From: the human T2T-CHM13v2.0 reference genome, Homo sapiens
Strand: one strand, 5' to 3'
Assembly: GCF_009914755.1 (NCBI RefSeq)
Contig: NC_060942.1
DNA length: 64,000 nucleotides
Shown: one piece after another, positions 1 to 14,269 of the stretch
Layout of the letters: each line of letters begins with the position of its first letter
Position numbering within the stretch: position 1 is the first letter of the stretch
Position numbers and translations under genes: made by a program
The notes under the pieces: model-generated
What the model saw: the letters and a program-made list of their open reading frames with translations, nothing else
Database searches by the model: none
Told to the model about the DNA's origin: nothing

Positions 1-920
1 TAAATATAAAGATTCGGATAGACTGAAACAATTAAAAATATATCATGTAACCAGAGGTAAGAAAGAAGATATGGTGATGTTAATATGAAATGCATTTTAT
101 AATTAGGGCAAATTAATTTGGAAGATGTATAATTCCAAATGTGTATCATCTAATAACAGAGGTTAAAGACACACGAAGCAAAAACTGACAGGACTAAAGG
201 CACAAACAGATGACTCTAAAATCAGAGCTGAAAATTTTAACACTTATCATAACTGACAAAATAAGGAGATTTTAAAAAATCATAAAGAATTAAGAAGATG
301 TAAACACTATCAACCACCCTGACCTAAATGACATTTGGAACACTATAGTATATACATTCTTTCCAACTATATATGGAACTCTTATCAAGATAAGTTACAA
401 GTTATAGCATAAAATAATTTTCATAAATTTCCAAGGACTAAAGTCACACACACTATATGCTGGACTGTTAACAGAATTAAATTAGAAATTGATGAAGTAT
501 CTAGAAAATCCTCACACTCCTAAGAAAAACCCAAACTTCTAAATAACTCATGAATCAAGAAGAATTAGAAAATAAGTGATAATTTAAAAACAACATAAAA
601 TTTGTAATATAGAGCTAACATAAAGCTTAGAGGGAAATTTATAGCTTTAAATGTGTACATTATAAACAAATCAATGATCTAAATGTACACCACAGGAGGC
701 TAGAAAAGACCAGATTAAATGAAAAGTAAGCAGACAAAAAGATGAATACAAACAAAACAGAAAAGAGACAAAGACAACAAAGACTACTGATTAATCCATT
801 ACAAGACATTCTAATAAAAAATTAAAAAGTCAAATTACTAACATTATAAATTTTAAAATGGATCTCACATATATGAAAGGAATAACAAATATCAGAAATA
901 ACTTTATATCAATACATTCT

Positions 921-1119
921 CCAGCCTTGGCAACCTGGTGAAATCCTATCTCTAAATAAAACACAAAAATTAGCCAGGTGCAGTAGCATGTACCTGTGGT
1001 CCCAGCTTCTCGAGAGGCTAAAGTGGGGAAGATTGCCTGAGCCTGGGAGGTTGAGGCTGCCGTGAGCCAACCAGGCCACTGCACTCCAGCCTGGGCAACG
1101 AAGTGAGATCCTGTCTCAA
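921..1119 (+). mobile_element. 5'-truncated AluJ-like
   Basis: Starts at CCAGCCTTGGCAAC, then A-rich linker and right monomer. Confidence 0.9.
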
Positions 1120-1265
1120 TTAATCAATCCTATGACTTAAATGAAATGAACACATTTCTAACAAAATCCAAGTTTATCAAACACATACACAAAATTAAAA
1201 ATGTAAATAATTCTCAATTTAAAAAACCTTTTCCTACAAGAGATGGTTTCTCTGGAAAAATCAAA

Positions 1266-1566
1266 CTTTGTTTTGAATACAAGGTCTCGCTGTTGCCCAG
1301 GCTGGAGTGCAGCGGCGCAAACATGGCTCAATGCAACCTCCACCTCCTGGGCTCAAGTGACCCTCCCACCTTAGCCTCTTAAGTAGCTGGGACCACAGGT
1401 GAATGCCACTACCCCTGGCTAATTTAAAAAAAAAAAAATTTTTTTTTGTAGAGACGGGGTCTTGCTTTGTTGCCTAGGTTGGTCTTGACCTCCTGTGCTC
1501 AAGCAATTCTCCAGCATTGGCCTCCTAAAATGCTAGGATTACAGGCAAGAACTACCATGCCCAGCC
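1266..1566 (-). mobile_element. AluJ-like
   Basis: Reverse-complement Alu dimer (gcccaggctggagtgcag...ccatgcccagcc). Confidence 0.92.
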
Positions 1567-2057
1567 CTATCAAAAATTTAAGAAAGAAATAATGCCAACC
1601 TTAAAGAAACTCTTCGAGAAAACAGGAGAAAGCCCTTTCCAACACATTTTATGATATTAAAACTAATAAACACATTACAAGGGAAAAAACCCTACAGACC
1701 AATCTCTCATAAACATAGATGGAAAAATTCTCAAAAATAAAACAATTCAAATCCATGAAACTATATGATCCTCTTTATAAACGCAGAAAAAAAATTTGAC
1801 AAAATTCAACAGCCATTTATAAAACACAATTAGAACATTAAGAACAAAAAGGAAAAAGAACTTCCTCAATCAGATACAATCTCCAAAATATCCACAATTA
1901 ACATCATACTTAAAGGGGGAATTGTGAAATGTGTTCTTCCTATAATCAGAACAATGCAAAAATGTCCATTCTTATAGCTTCAACAGTTTATTGTAGGTCT
2001 TAGTTAGGACAGAAAAAGAAAAAAGCATGAAGACTGGGGAAAAAAAGAAAAACTGTC

Positions 2058-2330
2058 AGCCGGGCACAGTGGCTCACGGCTGTAATCCCAGCACTTTGGG
2101 AGGCCGAGGCGGGTGGATCACCTGAGGTTGGGAGTTCGAGACCAGCCTGACCAACGTGGAGAAACTCCGTCTCTACTAAAATACGAAAAATAAGCTGGGC
2201 GTGGTAGTGCATGCCTGTAAACCCAGCTACTCAGGAGGTTCAGGTTACAGTGAGCTGAGATCATGCCATTGCACTCTAGCCTGGGCAACAAGAGTGAAAC
2301 TCCTTCTCAAAAAACAATCAAACAAAAAAA
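2058..2330 (+). mobile_element. AluSp-like with right-arm deletion
   Basis: Alu consensus match with GGAGAAAC diagnostic and TSD AAAAACTGTC. Confidence 0.92.
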
Positions 2331-2819
2331 AACTGTCCTTATCAACAGATGACATGGCTGTGTATGCAGAAAACCTCAAGAATCTACAGAATTCTAGAAC
2401 CAAAAAGTCAATTTAACAAGAATGCAGGAGAAAAGAATATACAAAAATCAAGTATTTCCCATATCCTAGGAACAACTGGAAAATAAAATGTAAAAACAAA
2501 AACGTATAACAGCACTAAAAGTATAAAATACTAAAAAATTTATCTAATGAAAGACATGCTATACATCTACATCAAAAACTGTTTAACACATGGCAGAGAA
2601 AAGGCATTGTTATAAGACTATTATCCTGAAGTTGTCAAACCTGACCCCTCATTTTTGACAAAAATCTTACTTTCCTATTTTATAGAGCTGATCCTAAACC
2701 ACAAAAATCAAGTGCTTCTGTGTCTGGATCTCAATTCTTCACTTTCCTTCACATCTTTGTGCAATCCACTATCTTCCTTTTTCTTAATGGTTAACTCCTC
2801 TTAACATTTTAACTACCTT

Positions 2820-2995
2820 CATACAGTGCTTATTACAGGTTAGAACACATAGATGCCTTATAAATATCAGTCCTATTAATACTCTATGAGTTAAATGCTA
2901 TTATTGTCCCTATTTTACAGATTTAAAAACTAGGTTACCTAGCTAGCATATGTAAGAGGAACATTTCAAACTCAGATAGTCTAGCTCAGAGTCTC
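2820..2995 (-). mobile_element. MIR fragment
   Basis: MIR core reverse complement (tattattgtccctattttacagat). Confidence 0.65.
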
Positions 2996-3256
2996 ACTAT
3001 GCTATTTTGATTATATGCATTTAGTTAAGAGGAGTAAGTCTTGTAAGTGGAGTGTATGGGAAAACTGTCTAGGAGTACAAAAAACTAGTAGTTTACAAGA
3101 AGAAAAAATTAAAATGTATTTTCTATTTATTTAATCTCATCCTTCAATTTCTAATTTTTGTATATATTTTTAAATGTACTTGAAGTACCTGTATATAACT
3201 TACAAATAATTAAGTGTACATATTAGTAGGATACTCTCAAAATCTTAATACTCACT

Positions 3257-3677
3257 GTATTAGCTTCCTAGGGCTTGCTCTAACAAAATACCACAAACTG
3301 GGTGGCTTAAAACAACAGAAATTTATTTTTTCAGAGCTTTGAAGGACCTAAGTCCCAAGACAAGGTGTCAGCAAAGCCATGCTCTCTCAAAGGCTCAAGG
3401 GGAGAATCTGTTCCATGCCTTTCTCTTAAGCTTTTGGGTTTCCCAACAATCCTAGGAATTGCTCAGCTTGCAGGTGCTAACTCCAGTTACCTGCCTCCAT
3501 CTTCATATAGCACATTCCTCCCTATCTTATAAAGACACCAGTCATATAGAATTAGGGCCCATCGTACTTCAGTATGACTTCATCTTAAACAACTACATTT
3601 ACAAAGATGCTACTCCCAAACAAGGCCACATTCTGAGGTATTGGAGGTTAGCACCTCATTTTATCTTCTGGGACACA
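3257..3677 (-). mobile_element. MLT1 (MaLR) solo LTR
   Basis: Typical terminus tgtattagcttcctaggg...accacaaactgggtggcttaaaacaacagaaatttatt. Confidence 0.85.
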
Positions 3678-4534
3678 GGCAGATTAAAAAACCCTTTAAG
3701 TCTCTTTGTGTATCTTGGACCAAGCACAGTGTATGTAGAAGATACAAAACTGAATTGTGAGTTATGAAATCCACATCTTATGATCTATTATATTCTATTT
3801 CTCTATATACCTGTTTGAACAAATATGTTCATAAAAATCATGACTTGAAAAGGGACTGATTATACAATACTACAAAGGTTAATCGAACTTATAAATTTCT
3901 TACGATGTCCAGCCTGATCTCTAATATCCACTATAAAGGAAGAATAAAGTCTTGACCAGCAAAATCTAAATCAAAAAAAAAAAGAAAAAAGTAACAAGTG
4001 CTTGTTCGTACACTTACTTATTATGCCTAATTTATCCTCTGGTTGCCCTTTTAAAAAATTTCAATTCATTATTTTTAACAGCAGGTTATGAAAGATGAAT
4101 TTAATTATGTCCTTCCTTCTGGAAGGTATGAACCAGAGTTAGAGAGGTGGCCAACTTTGTTCTAAATTGGAGCCCTGCATCAGTCAGAATTGTTTCTTGC
4201 CATGGCCCCAAGAGAGAAACTGATATTGGGTAAGAGGCTGGCAGCCAAACTAACTGTTGGCATCTCATGAATCACATATTCCCATTGCCATACAGTAATT
4301 TTTAAACCTGTCATTCAGAAAGCCAGTAACACTGCTCCACTGAAACAGAAATATTAGGTTGGGTTCAAAGTTAGCCCCAACACTGCAATTATTTTAGCTG
4401 GCTGATTCAGCTTATTCTCCACTTTTGTACTTTGATTCATTTATCATACATAACGAATACTTGTATTATTGCTCCTCCTGTGTTTCAGTTATATTGCTGA
4501 ATAGGTGTCTGTGCACTAAATTAGAATCCCTGCA

Positions 4535-4985
4535 GCCTTTTTTTTCTGGCTTATTTCACTTAACATACTGCTTTCAAGGTCCATCCATGTTGCCACACGT
4601 CATGCTATACTGTCATTCCTTTACATGGTTGAATAATTCCATTGCAGAAACATACCTCATTTTATTCATCCATTCATCATTTGATGGACATCTGAGTTGT
4701 TTCTAACTTTGAATATTAAGAATAATGCCTGCATAAATGGTCATGTACAAGTTTTTGAGTAGACATGTTTTCAGTTCACTTGGATACATAGCTGGCCACA
4801 ATATGTTAACTCTGTATTTAACTTTTTGAGGAACAGGAAACTTTTCCAAAGTGTTGAACCATTTAACATTCCTACTAGCGATATATGAGGACTCCAATTT
4901 CTCCACATCCTCACCAACATTTGTTATTGTCCTTTTTTGATTATAGCATCTAGTAGGTGTGAGGTAGTATCTCACTGTGGTTTAT
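4535..4985 (-). mobile_element. L1MB-like 3' fragment
   Basis: Minus-strand translation MRYYLTPTR...NVGEDVEKLE resembles the L1 ORF2 C-terminus. Confidence 0.85.
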
Positions 4986-6042
4986 GACGTTCAGTATCTT
5001 TTCCCATCATTCACTTTTAAATGTCACAGTAACAGCTGTCCATCACAGGCAAAAAAGAATATTATTGCTTCAAGAAGAGTGTCATCTAATTTTAGTAAAA
5101 CATATGTGGAAAGTCAAATATTATTTGCATTAAGATGTATAACACGTTATTTCCAACGTTCATTAGATTATCTACCTTTCTTAGTTATCTGGTACTCCTA
5201 AACACCCAAATGTATGATTAGCTACAGCAGAAACTTCTTTACCTGGGAGTCCAAAAAAACGGATTTAAACAAGAGAATTATTGTAACCCCTCCCTCCCCC
5301 ACCAATGTTAATCCACTTAAAAATAATTTAGATTATCATAACCAAGAATGCATTAGTGTTAAGATGTGGAGAAAGACTGATGGTATAATTTGTCAGGTTG
5401 TGATATTAAGGTGTCCAACAGTTAAGATACAGACAGGTAAAATGAATCAAACTGGACAATTACAATGACATCAAAGTGATTTCACTGGTAGTTTATTAGT
5501 TCTGCTGAGTTATACATTTTATTACGTAAGACGTGATTTAAAGCTTTAATTTTTTTCTTCATCACTTTTTGGAGTTGATAGCTAAGCATAAGAAATTAAT
5601 CTACTATAATTCAAAACTCACTATTAGGTTAAAAAAGCAGTGAAAAGCTGATCCCCATCCTTCACCCCCAAATTCCTCTGAAAATCTGTTATTTGAGTAA
5701 TTATGGTTTTTTATCACAGAGAGATACTTAGTCATAGGGTTACTAAAATTTTCAACAGAAGCAAATACTTAAAAAGAAATAAAAGTATGTGCATGTTTTC
5801 AAATTTTCATTTACTCTAATAAAAAATAACAATTATTCTGCAGAGTAGCATACGTTATAATTTTTCAGTGACAACATGGACCTCTTTGGTAGTTCAGATA
5901 TGTTAAATCAAGATAGAAGATCATCTTTTTTGGTATGCGTCTCAACTTCTCTAAATTTAAGAGTAACATCTTTTGTGAATTTCAAACAATACAAGAAATG
6001 TATATCTAATAACTGAGGAATTTTCAAAGACATTTTTTTTAC

Positions 6043-6117
6043 CTGTGTCCATACTTTGATTCAACTGTTGGTCACTTGTTTCTCCATCTTCACTGATATA
6101 TCCAGGAGGTGGCGTTT
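6043..6117 (-). CDS. SMAD2: SMAD2 exon 6 (75 nt, linker with T220 and PPGY motif)
   Basis: Acceptor CTTTTGTAG|AAACGCC, donor ACACAG|GTAAAA. Reads (E)[24 protein letters not shown](G), phase 1-1. Confidence 0.98.
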
Positions 6118-7018
6118 CTACAAAAGTTTAAAACAAATCAAGCACAGCTGCAACATAATCTCACTACCTTTTCTCTCAGCTACCAGAGATAACCAATGAA
6201 TCACTCCAAATAACAAATAATAATGTTATATAATATTATAAAAAGTAATATTGCATACTGAGGGTGTATAATTCAGGATCTTGTCCAAATTTTGCAGTGA
6301 ATCCTTAACATCCACTTTTAATAAAATCCTACTCTCTGGACATACACATTATGTACGTATCTTGCTCATTCCTATATGTACATATTCTGGGGCAAGAGCC
6401 AAAAACGTAACTTTAAAAATGCCTCAGATCTGAATCAGTAGGCTGCAAAACCATCAGTAACTACAATTTTTTGTTGTTGTTGTTTAATCTAATGAACATC
6501 GTTATTTTATGAGTACTTAGAAAATTAAAAAACACACAAGATTTTGGATTATAAAAGTATTAAATAATACAGGCTTACAACTTACACTAAGTTCTATAGG
6601 GTAAAATATGGTAGAGTATGGTTCCGGATTGGTCCAGGCTGAATTCTATCTAAAAAGTGTGTTTCTCCAAGGATTCCTAACTGGTAAAGTCTAAGTGTTT
6701 GAAGCAGAAAATTCAATTCAAATATAGACTACTGTATAAAGAGGTAAAATGCTCCCTGAAAATAACCATTAGGATTCTAATATATTATTTCCAACATGTT
6801 GTCTGAATAAAACACTTATGTTCAGAAAGGTATCTGAATAGCTGAATAAACTGCATGTAAAATAAAAACATGTATACAATTTAATCAACTGTAATTCCAG
6901 GGAGGAAAAATAAGTTCAGAAGACTTTCATCAGTTTTACATTTACACTGAACAGTTTTGAGCGATTCAAGATAACAAAGACACATATCCAAACAATTTTA
7001 AAATTATCAAAAGAACGA

Positions 7019-7325
7019 GGCCAGGCGCGGTGGCTTATGCCTGTAATCCCAGCACTTTGGGAGGCCGAGGCAGGCAGATCACCTGAGGTGGGGAGTTCGA
7101 GACCAGCCTGACAAACATGGAGAAACCCCATCTCTACTAAAAACACAAAATTAGCCGGGCATGGTGGTGCATCCCTATAATTCCAGTTACTAGGGAGGCT
7201 GAGGCAGGAGAATCATTTGAACCCAGGAGGTGGAGGCTGCGGTGAGCCGAGATCACACCATTGTACTCCAGCCTGGGCAACAAGAGCAAAACACCGTCTC
7301 AAAAAAAAAAAAAAAAAAAAAAAAA
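7019..7325 (+). mobile_element. AluSp-like, full length
   Basis: Full dimer with ATGGAGAAACCCC diagnostic and A25 tail. Confidence 0.95.
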
Positions 7326-9292
7326 GAGGAAGAGAAGATACAGGTTAAGGGTCTCCTTCAATAACCTTTTACAATATCTATTCAATAAACTAACCACAAA
7401 CTTTAAGTATCAAACTTTTCATTTAAGTGTCAGTACCCCCAAATTTTTAAAACAAAAATTCTAAGAATAAATTATCTTCATATACTCAAAGAACATAAAA
7501 ATAAGGGTACATATTATGCATATTTTAAAAGTTAAAGCTAATAAAGTTAAACGGCGCTAAGCTTTTTGAGTTTAACCTGTATTTCAAAGATCTAATCAGA
7601 AAGAAATGCTGAACCTTAAAATACGTTATCTTACTGTGTTTATTTTTTCCATTATTGTAATAAATAATAAAGCTATTAGCATTTTTGAGAAAATGTTAAA
7701 ATTTCTTTTAAGTGGAATAAAATGTGAACCCTTTGGTTTTGCTGTTGCTTGAAACCGGATAAAGCCCCACTGTCCAGAAAAGCAAATGGGTATAATCCAC
7801 TTCTGATTTTCTACTTTATAAAATACTCAAATCTCAATAATTAAAGGAATAAAAAAGAAAGGAAAAATGAGCCCAAACATCTTCACAAGTGAAAGCCACT
7901 AAACATTCTGGTGAATAGCCTTCCAAATAATTACTGGATATGCGTGTTGTCCCTAAGACTGCATGTTTATACCTAAGGTTAGTATTGCTGGCTGAATAAC
8001 AGTAATTCCCACACTAACGACTTAAAATGCCTCCCCTTCCCCACACCAACGTTCACACAACTCCACTCCCTTTTCTACCTAGCAATTGCCCTGTTTCATA
8101 GTCCCGGGTTTTCCCTCCTCCTAGTGTTATCATACTACATCCCACCCTCTCCCTCTCTTAACTTCAGTAAGTTTGTATTTCCTAGCAACCCATAAAGCAG
8201 CTTTAAATCCTCTTCTGGAATAAAACAGTAATCAAAGAAATATACATTAAAACAATCAAAAACCACTTCCCATTTGTAAAACCAGCTATTTAAAAAAAAA
8301 ACTTATCTTTCTTAGTTATCTTTTCTTTTTTTTCTTCCTTACATTTAAAAAATTATCTTCAATGAATAAGCATTATTTCCATGATGGATACATGAAAGAA
8401 ATAATTGTTTAAATGTACTAAAACTGTATTTTAAGAATTTTGTAAATGCTCTTAAGTTCCTTACATATTTTTAGTGTATAAAATAAGAGTGGAATAAAAG
8501 AATATTACAAAAGGAAGAAAGAAATCGAGACACTACAGCTTAATCCTCATCCTAACATCATGCTGTTTCTGCTAGGGAGAAAAATCAACCAAACAAAAAG
8601 GAAAACATACAAGAAAAGTAACAAAGTATTAGTTGTTCTCCAAAAAAAAAAAAAAGAAACCATAAAAAACGAAAAGGCCAGATATCATATCGTGGAGTAT
8701 TACTGGATCACATAATACATCAGAACAAAATTTGAGAACCATGTAGCTGAATTCAATTTTCATCAGAAATTACTGAGATGCAGACGAAACATAATTAAAG
8801 GAGGTTTTCTGACGTTCGTGTTATAATATGTAAGTGTTGCTATGTCTATAGAACTAAGTATTATATTTCTTATAGAAATGTTATATTTCTGTTAAATATT
8901 ACCAAGTTATCTAAGAAAAAGTGATCATTGGGTGGATATTCAGTTACATGTGTTTGGGGGGTACTTTTCTCCTACACCATTTGTTTTGCTTACATTCTGC
9001 ATCTCGCTTAGCTTCAACAACTAAGACAAACTTACTAAGATCTTTTCTTTTCTGCTTCTCACAGTACTTTGATTAAAGTCACTGCAAAAGAAAATGAAAT
9101 ATAAAGTAAAACTCTTCTCCAAACAAAACTGTTTAATGTACTAGGCTTATACATTTCACAAAATAATCACCCAACGAATCCAATTTTTCTATTAAAAACT
9201 CAAAAGCATTTTTAAAAAAGTGAAACCACAATTTACTAAAACTTGAATGCTTATGAACAAAATTTGTATCTATCCAAGTTTTAGGAGATTCA

Positions 9293-9451
<159 letters not shown>

Positions 9452-10182
9452 TCAAGAAATCCAAGTTAATGGCAAAGAGCAAAGGGGAGTGGGGGAACCT
9501 TTTTTAAAGTTTTCAACAAGAAGAGAAGTTGTAGCTTAATTTTTAAAGCTAGGGTCCACCTACTCGATATATACTAGTTACTGAGAAAATGACAAATCTG
9601 ATTATGGCTCTAACTTAGGTAGTCTATTATCCAAATTTCCAAGTTCTAATTTATCTCAAACTTTTGGGAACAATGTGATCCTGGTAATATTATATTACCA
9701 TAAAAGTTCATAAATCCCCATTGGAAAACTTAACATTGTCTTTATCTGTAAAATCAGATATAGGAAATTTTCCAAAAACGCAGCTACTGCTATATTTTTT
9801 AATAGTTTCAGGTAGACAGCTAACTAAATGAAAAGTCTTGTTACAAGCTTTACTAAACGGTGTACATACAAATGATGTCATTAAAGTACTTCTAAAAGCA
9901 CTCCAAGTGCAAAATGCTTGAAAATGTTACTGCAGCAGGGACATGTAGAAGCACATCAGCATAGCGCTGAGCAGACTGCCAATCTACAGGATTTCCTGGA
10001 TATGCACTTTCATGCCAAATCATATGCTATTCCAAGAAACAGATATGTTTTCTCATTAAAAATTTTTAAAAATAAAAAAATTTTAATTACCACCAAATAA
10101 TATGCACAATTTAAGGTAATTTATTAGAATTTACACTAAAATTTTCCTGGGTCACAAGAGTACTTAAATATACTGAAGTTCA

Positions 10183-10482
<300 letters not shown>

Positions 10483-11458
10483 TCAAATGGGCTAAATTAG
10501 TACAATAAAAGCATAAAGAAAAGAATGACAGCCATTTAGTTAGTTTTAGTGAGAATCAAGAACAAAAATGTACTATTTAATGGATCTGATAAAAGTATGC
10601 AGCAGCACTAGCAGATGTTTCTTATAAATATGTCACATAAATGACTCAAATGCCAATGAAAGGCTAACAACTTGGGAAAAACTGATTTTTTAAAAAAGAG
10701 AGTTTATGCAGTTATACTTGAAAAACTTTGTCAACTTCTATGTTTAGTAAATCAAACTCATTTTAGAGATGCTTCTAAGGATATTAATTCTGGAGGTGAC
10801 TGAAGAGTCAGAAAAGGAACTAGTGTGAAGAATGATAAATACCAACAATGATGTGATAGTAACTTCCTCAGACTACTGCAACTCTTTACCCAGTTGTGAC
10901 TGTTTTGAGAACTGAGGTATATTTATGTAGTTCACAAATAAATGTGGATGGTGATGAATATGATGAGATGAAATGAACAAATACCATATACGCAAAAAAG
11001 AAAATGAAGTGATTAAAAAAAGTAACATAAAAATGAGTTAACCTACTGTTAATTGTGATATAAGGGGTTCATTAAGTATGTATTTATTAGTATAAAGATG
11101 AGATTCTGATAACAAGAAATTTAGCAAAACTCATCATGTATCTACTTAAAAATTAGGCCAACAACAGATTATAATCTGATCTCAAGCTAAAATAAATATA
11201 TAGTTATCAAAATTATTATTCTTTAGGGGATACAGTAATTTAAAGAAGATTCAAACTAGAATTGCATTGATTAAAACATCAGCTGAAACATTTAATATAT
11301 TTTTTATACTGGCAAGCAGATATTTTAAATGCTATGCCTTATTTTACATTAAGGAAACATCCTAGGCAAAATTATACTAAGCAACCCCATATAGGTCTTT
11401 CAAAATATACCCCCCTCCCACAAGATCTCTAAGATTCGACAGAGGGCAGAATATTCAC

Positions 11459-11548
11459 CTGGTTTGTTCAGAGAAGCTGTAAAGGCCTGTTGTATCCCAC
11501 TGATCTATCGTATTTGGTGTACTCAGTCCCCAAATTTCAGAGCAAGTG
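11459..11548 (-). CDS. SMAD2: SMAD2 exon 3 (90-nt cassette exon, MH1 insert)
   Basis: Acceptor TTTATGCACAG|CACTTGC, donor ACCAG|GTGAAT. Reads (S)TCSEIWGLSTPNTIDQWDTTGLYSFSEQT(R), phase 2-2. Not in the ORF track. Confidence 0.98.
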
Positions 11549-13074
11549 CTGTGCATAAATTGAAAAACAAAAAATTGATGTGAACATGGAAGCATGGTTA
11601 TTCAAAATACCATGATGTAAAACATGGAGAATGTACAGAATACTTCCTTCACCCAGAAAATATACAATTGCTTCACTTTTTCACAGGCATGTAGTGCTGG
11701 TTACTATATTTTCTATATGAAGGAAGCCAATAAAATGGAACATGTGACTCCAGATAAGTCATGATTATGTTTTTAAAATGTGAACACCAACGCCCTCTAG
11801 CTCAATGAATCATACCTATAATGCCCTTACCACTTTCCTGTATTCAAAAGATCTAAAACCTCTGCCATCAGCTTTACTAAGTGCTTCATTTTATAATCCA
11901 GTTTTTTAAAAAATTATCTAAAAACAGATGTCAACTGATTTTTAATATAGAAAAAAATCCCAATAAAAATAGACATGCATCCACAGTTAAGATTTTCAGG
12001 TTATCTGGTCATGATATTTTTAAGTTTTACTGAAAATTATTTTGTTCTCATCTCTAGAATAAATAAAGAAATAGACTTTGAAGTCATTCTAATTTAGTAT
12101 ACCACCTTAAAAATTTTCTCCCACATTTCTCTCCAGAATATGGGCAGCTCAGAGATAATTCTCCCTTTTTCCCTACCTTTATTTCATTTCATAGTAACTT
12201 CTGGTCAGTGAGAGAAGGGAAAGAGAGCTTAAAAGGAAGTTTTGGAATGGAACTTTGACAGCCAATGTCTCAAGTACTAAGTTGTACTTTTCTGAAAAGT
12301 CCATTTCTTACATATTACAAAATCATCAAAACTTCAATGCGGATAAAGGAGTATTTCAAAACATCTTTTGAAAATGAATCAAGCAATTGATTAAATTTCA
12401 TATTTACACATTGTTAGTGAGCTTAACTGGATCAACAGTTCAAAGGGCAATGGTGAGAAGCGCTGGCTTCCTGTGGCCAGGCAACAGAACCACCTGGCAT
12501 CCTTGGCTTTAGTACTACAGGTGCTGTCACATAGCTATCAGGCTGCAGGAACACATCATGCCCTGCTTTGGGGGCTACAGTGACCCGACAGTTCAAAACA
12601 AAACCTGTTCTGAAATTTTCCAGCATCTCATTCAAGTATTTTATAGATTCTCTTGCTTTTTCAGGCTGCAAAATTTACCAGACTATAAAAGCCAGAAAAA
12701 GCCAGGTAAATTAAGGCTTAGACCTTTCCCTTTTTTCCAAAGATATACTGATTTAAAAACCATGACATTAATGGTTTATTTAAAAGATATTTTCAAATAT
12801 CTATTGGAAACATATAGCATGATGTAGTTTAAATCACAACAGAATCACCTCAATTCTACAGACTTCTGAGTCTATTAAAGAAATGGTATACAGGAGACTA
12901 TTCTTTGAAAATAATTAACAAAAGTGTAGCACAAGAGGCTATTCTGCTCTGTATCAGAACATTTCACTCAAGTTATTCTGGGACTCACATGAGAACCAGA
13001 ATCTAAAATAGAGCATGAAGTTTACATTGTACTTTATTTAATCCTTGAAAGGAATCAGAGAAGAATAAACAGTA

Positions 13075-13190
13075 ATTGTTAAGAACTTGCAATCAATCTA
13101 GAGGCAGACAGATCTAGACCCCAACCCTAATTCGGCCACTTTCCAACTGCTGCCATAGGGTATATTTAAGCCTCAGTTCCATCATTATCA
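13075..13190 (+). mobile_element. MIR fragment
   Basis: Weak match to the MIR 5' part and core (gcctcagttccatc). Confidence 0.45.
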
Positions 13191-13511
13191 TGCCTAACAA
13201 AATTGGAAGGTTTATTTTAAAACATTAAATTTGCTTCTAGCTAGTAAAATCATTGCCTGTTTACATAATAAAAAATATTTTTTAAAATAAGCCAATTTAT
13301 AATAAAACATAGAGCCCTCTGTATCCAAGGGTTCCACATCCTTGGATTCAACCAACCGTGGATCAAAAAGTAGAAAAAATAAGTAAATTTTTAAAACTAA
13401 AAAATACAACAATTGAAAAATACAAAATTTAAAAACAATATGGTATAACAACTATTTACACAGCATTTACAATGTATTACATATTATGCATAATATAGAG
13501 ATGACTTAAAG

Positions 13512-13848
13512 CAGGAGTCTCAGAGGCCACAGACTGATACCGGTCCACGGCCTGTTAGGAACCAGGACACACAGCAGAAGGTGAGCAGCAGGGGAGAGAC
13601 CATTACCACCTGAGCTCTGCCTCCTGGAAGATCAGCAGTGGCATTAGATTCTCATAGGAGCAAGAACCCTATTGTGAACTGCACATGCGAGGGCTTTAGG
13701 CTGGGCACTCCTTAAGAGAATCTAACTAATGCCTGATGACTGAGGTGGAACGTCTTTATCCCAAAACCATTGCCGCACCACCACGGTCAGTGGAAAACTT
13801 GCCTTTCATGACTCTGTCTCCTGGTGCCAAAACGGTTGGGAACAGCCG
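13512..13848 (+). mobile_element. MER1B-like hAT-Charlie element
   Basis: gcattagattctcataggagcaagaaccctattgtgaactg core. 8-bp TSD ACTTAAAG/ATTTAAAG. Confidence 0.85.
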
Positions 13849-13901
13849 ATTTAAAGTATGAGAAAATGTGCATAGGTTATATGCAAATACAATGCCATTT
13901 T

Positions 13902-14124
13902 ATTTTTAAAATAAGGCTTACTGCGGCCTTGACCTCCCAGCCTCAAGTAGTTCTCCAGCCTCAGCCTCCTGAGTAGCTGGGACTATAGGCGTGTGTCACC
14001 ACGATTGGCTAATTTTAACACTTTTTGTAGAGACAAAGTCTCTTGAGTCCTGGACTCAAGTGATCCTCTCACCTCAGCCTCCCAAAATGCTGGGATTACA
14101 GAAGTAAGTCAACGTGCCCAGGCT
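13902..14124 (-). mobile_element. Internally deleted AluJ-like
   Basis: Alu match. TSD TACAATGCCATTTT at 13888-13901 and 14125-14138. Confidence 0.88.
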
Positions 14125-14269
14125 TACAATGCCATTTTTTATCAGAACTTGAGCATCCACTAATTCTGGTATGAGTGGGAAATCCTAGAACCAATCCCCC
14201 TTAGATAGTGAGAGTTGTATAAGCAGCATCTAGATAAATGTAATTAAAACTGTGTCAAACTATACAAAG

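Larger units (their letters stand above)
1..2610 (+). mobile_element. Decayed L1 (L1M-type) ORF2 fragments, interrupted by three Alus
   Basis: A-rich sequence resembling L1 ORF2 endonuclease/RT regions (e.g. gcagaaaaaaaatttgacaaaattcaaca, cagatgacatg). No intact ORF. Confidence 0.8.
13310..14217 (-). mobile_element. MER2-type Tigger MITE split by MER1 and Alu
   Basis: ggttccacatccttggattcaaccaaccgtggatc ... cataggttatatgcaaatac ... gaaccaatcccc segments are collinear with MER2. Confidence 0.8.

Noticed and set aside
7019-7325. Exonisation of the antisense Alu in intron 5
   Set aside because: It has a long U tract but reads GAGACGG rather than the GAGACAG acceptor typical of exonised Alus; no other support.
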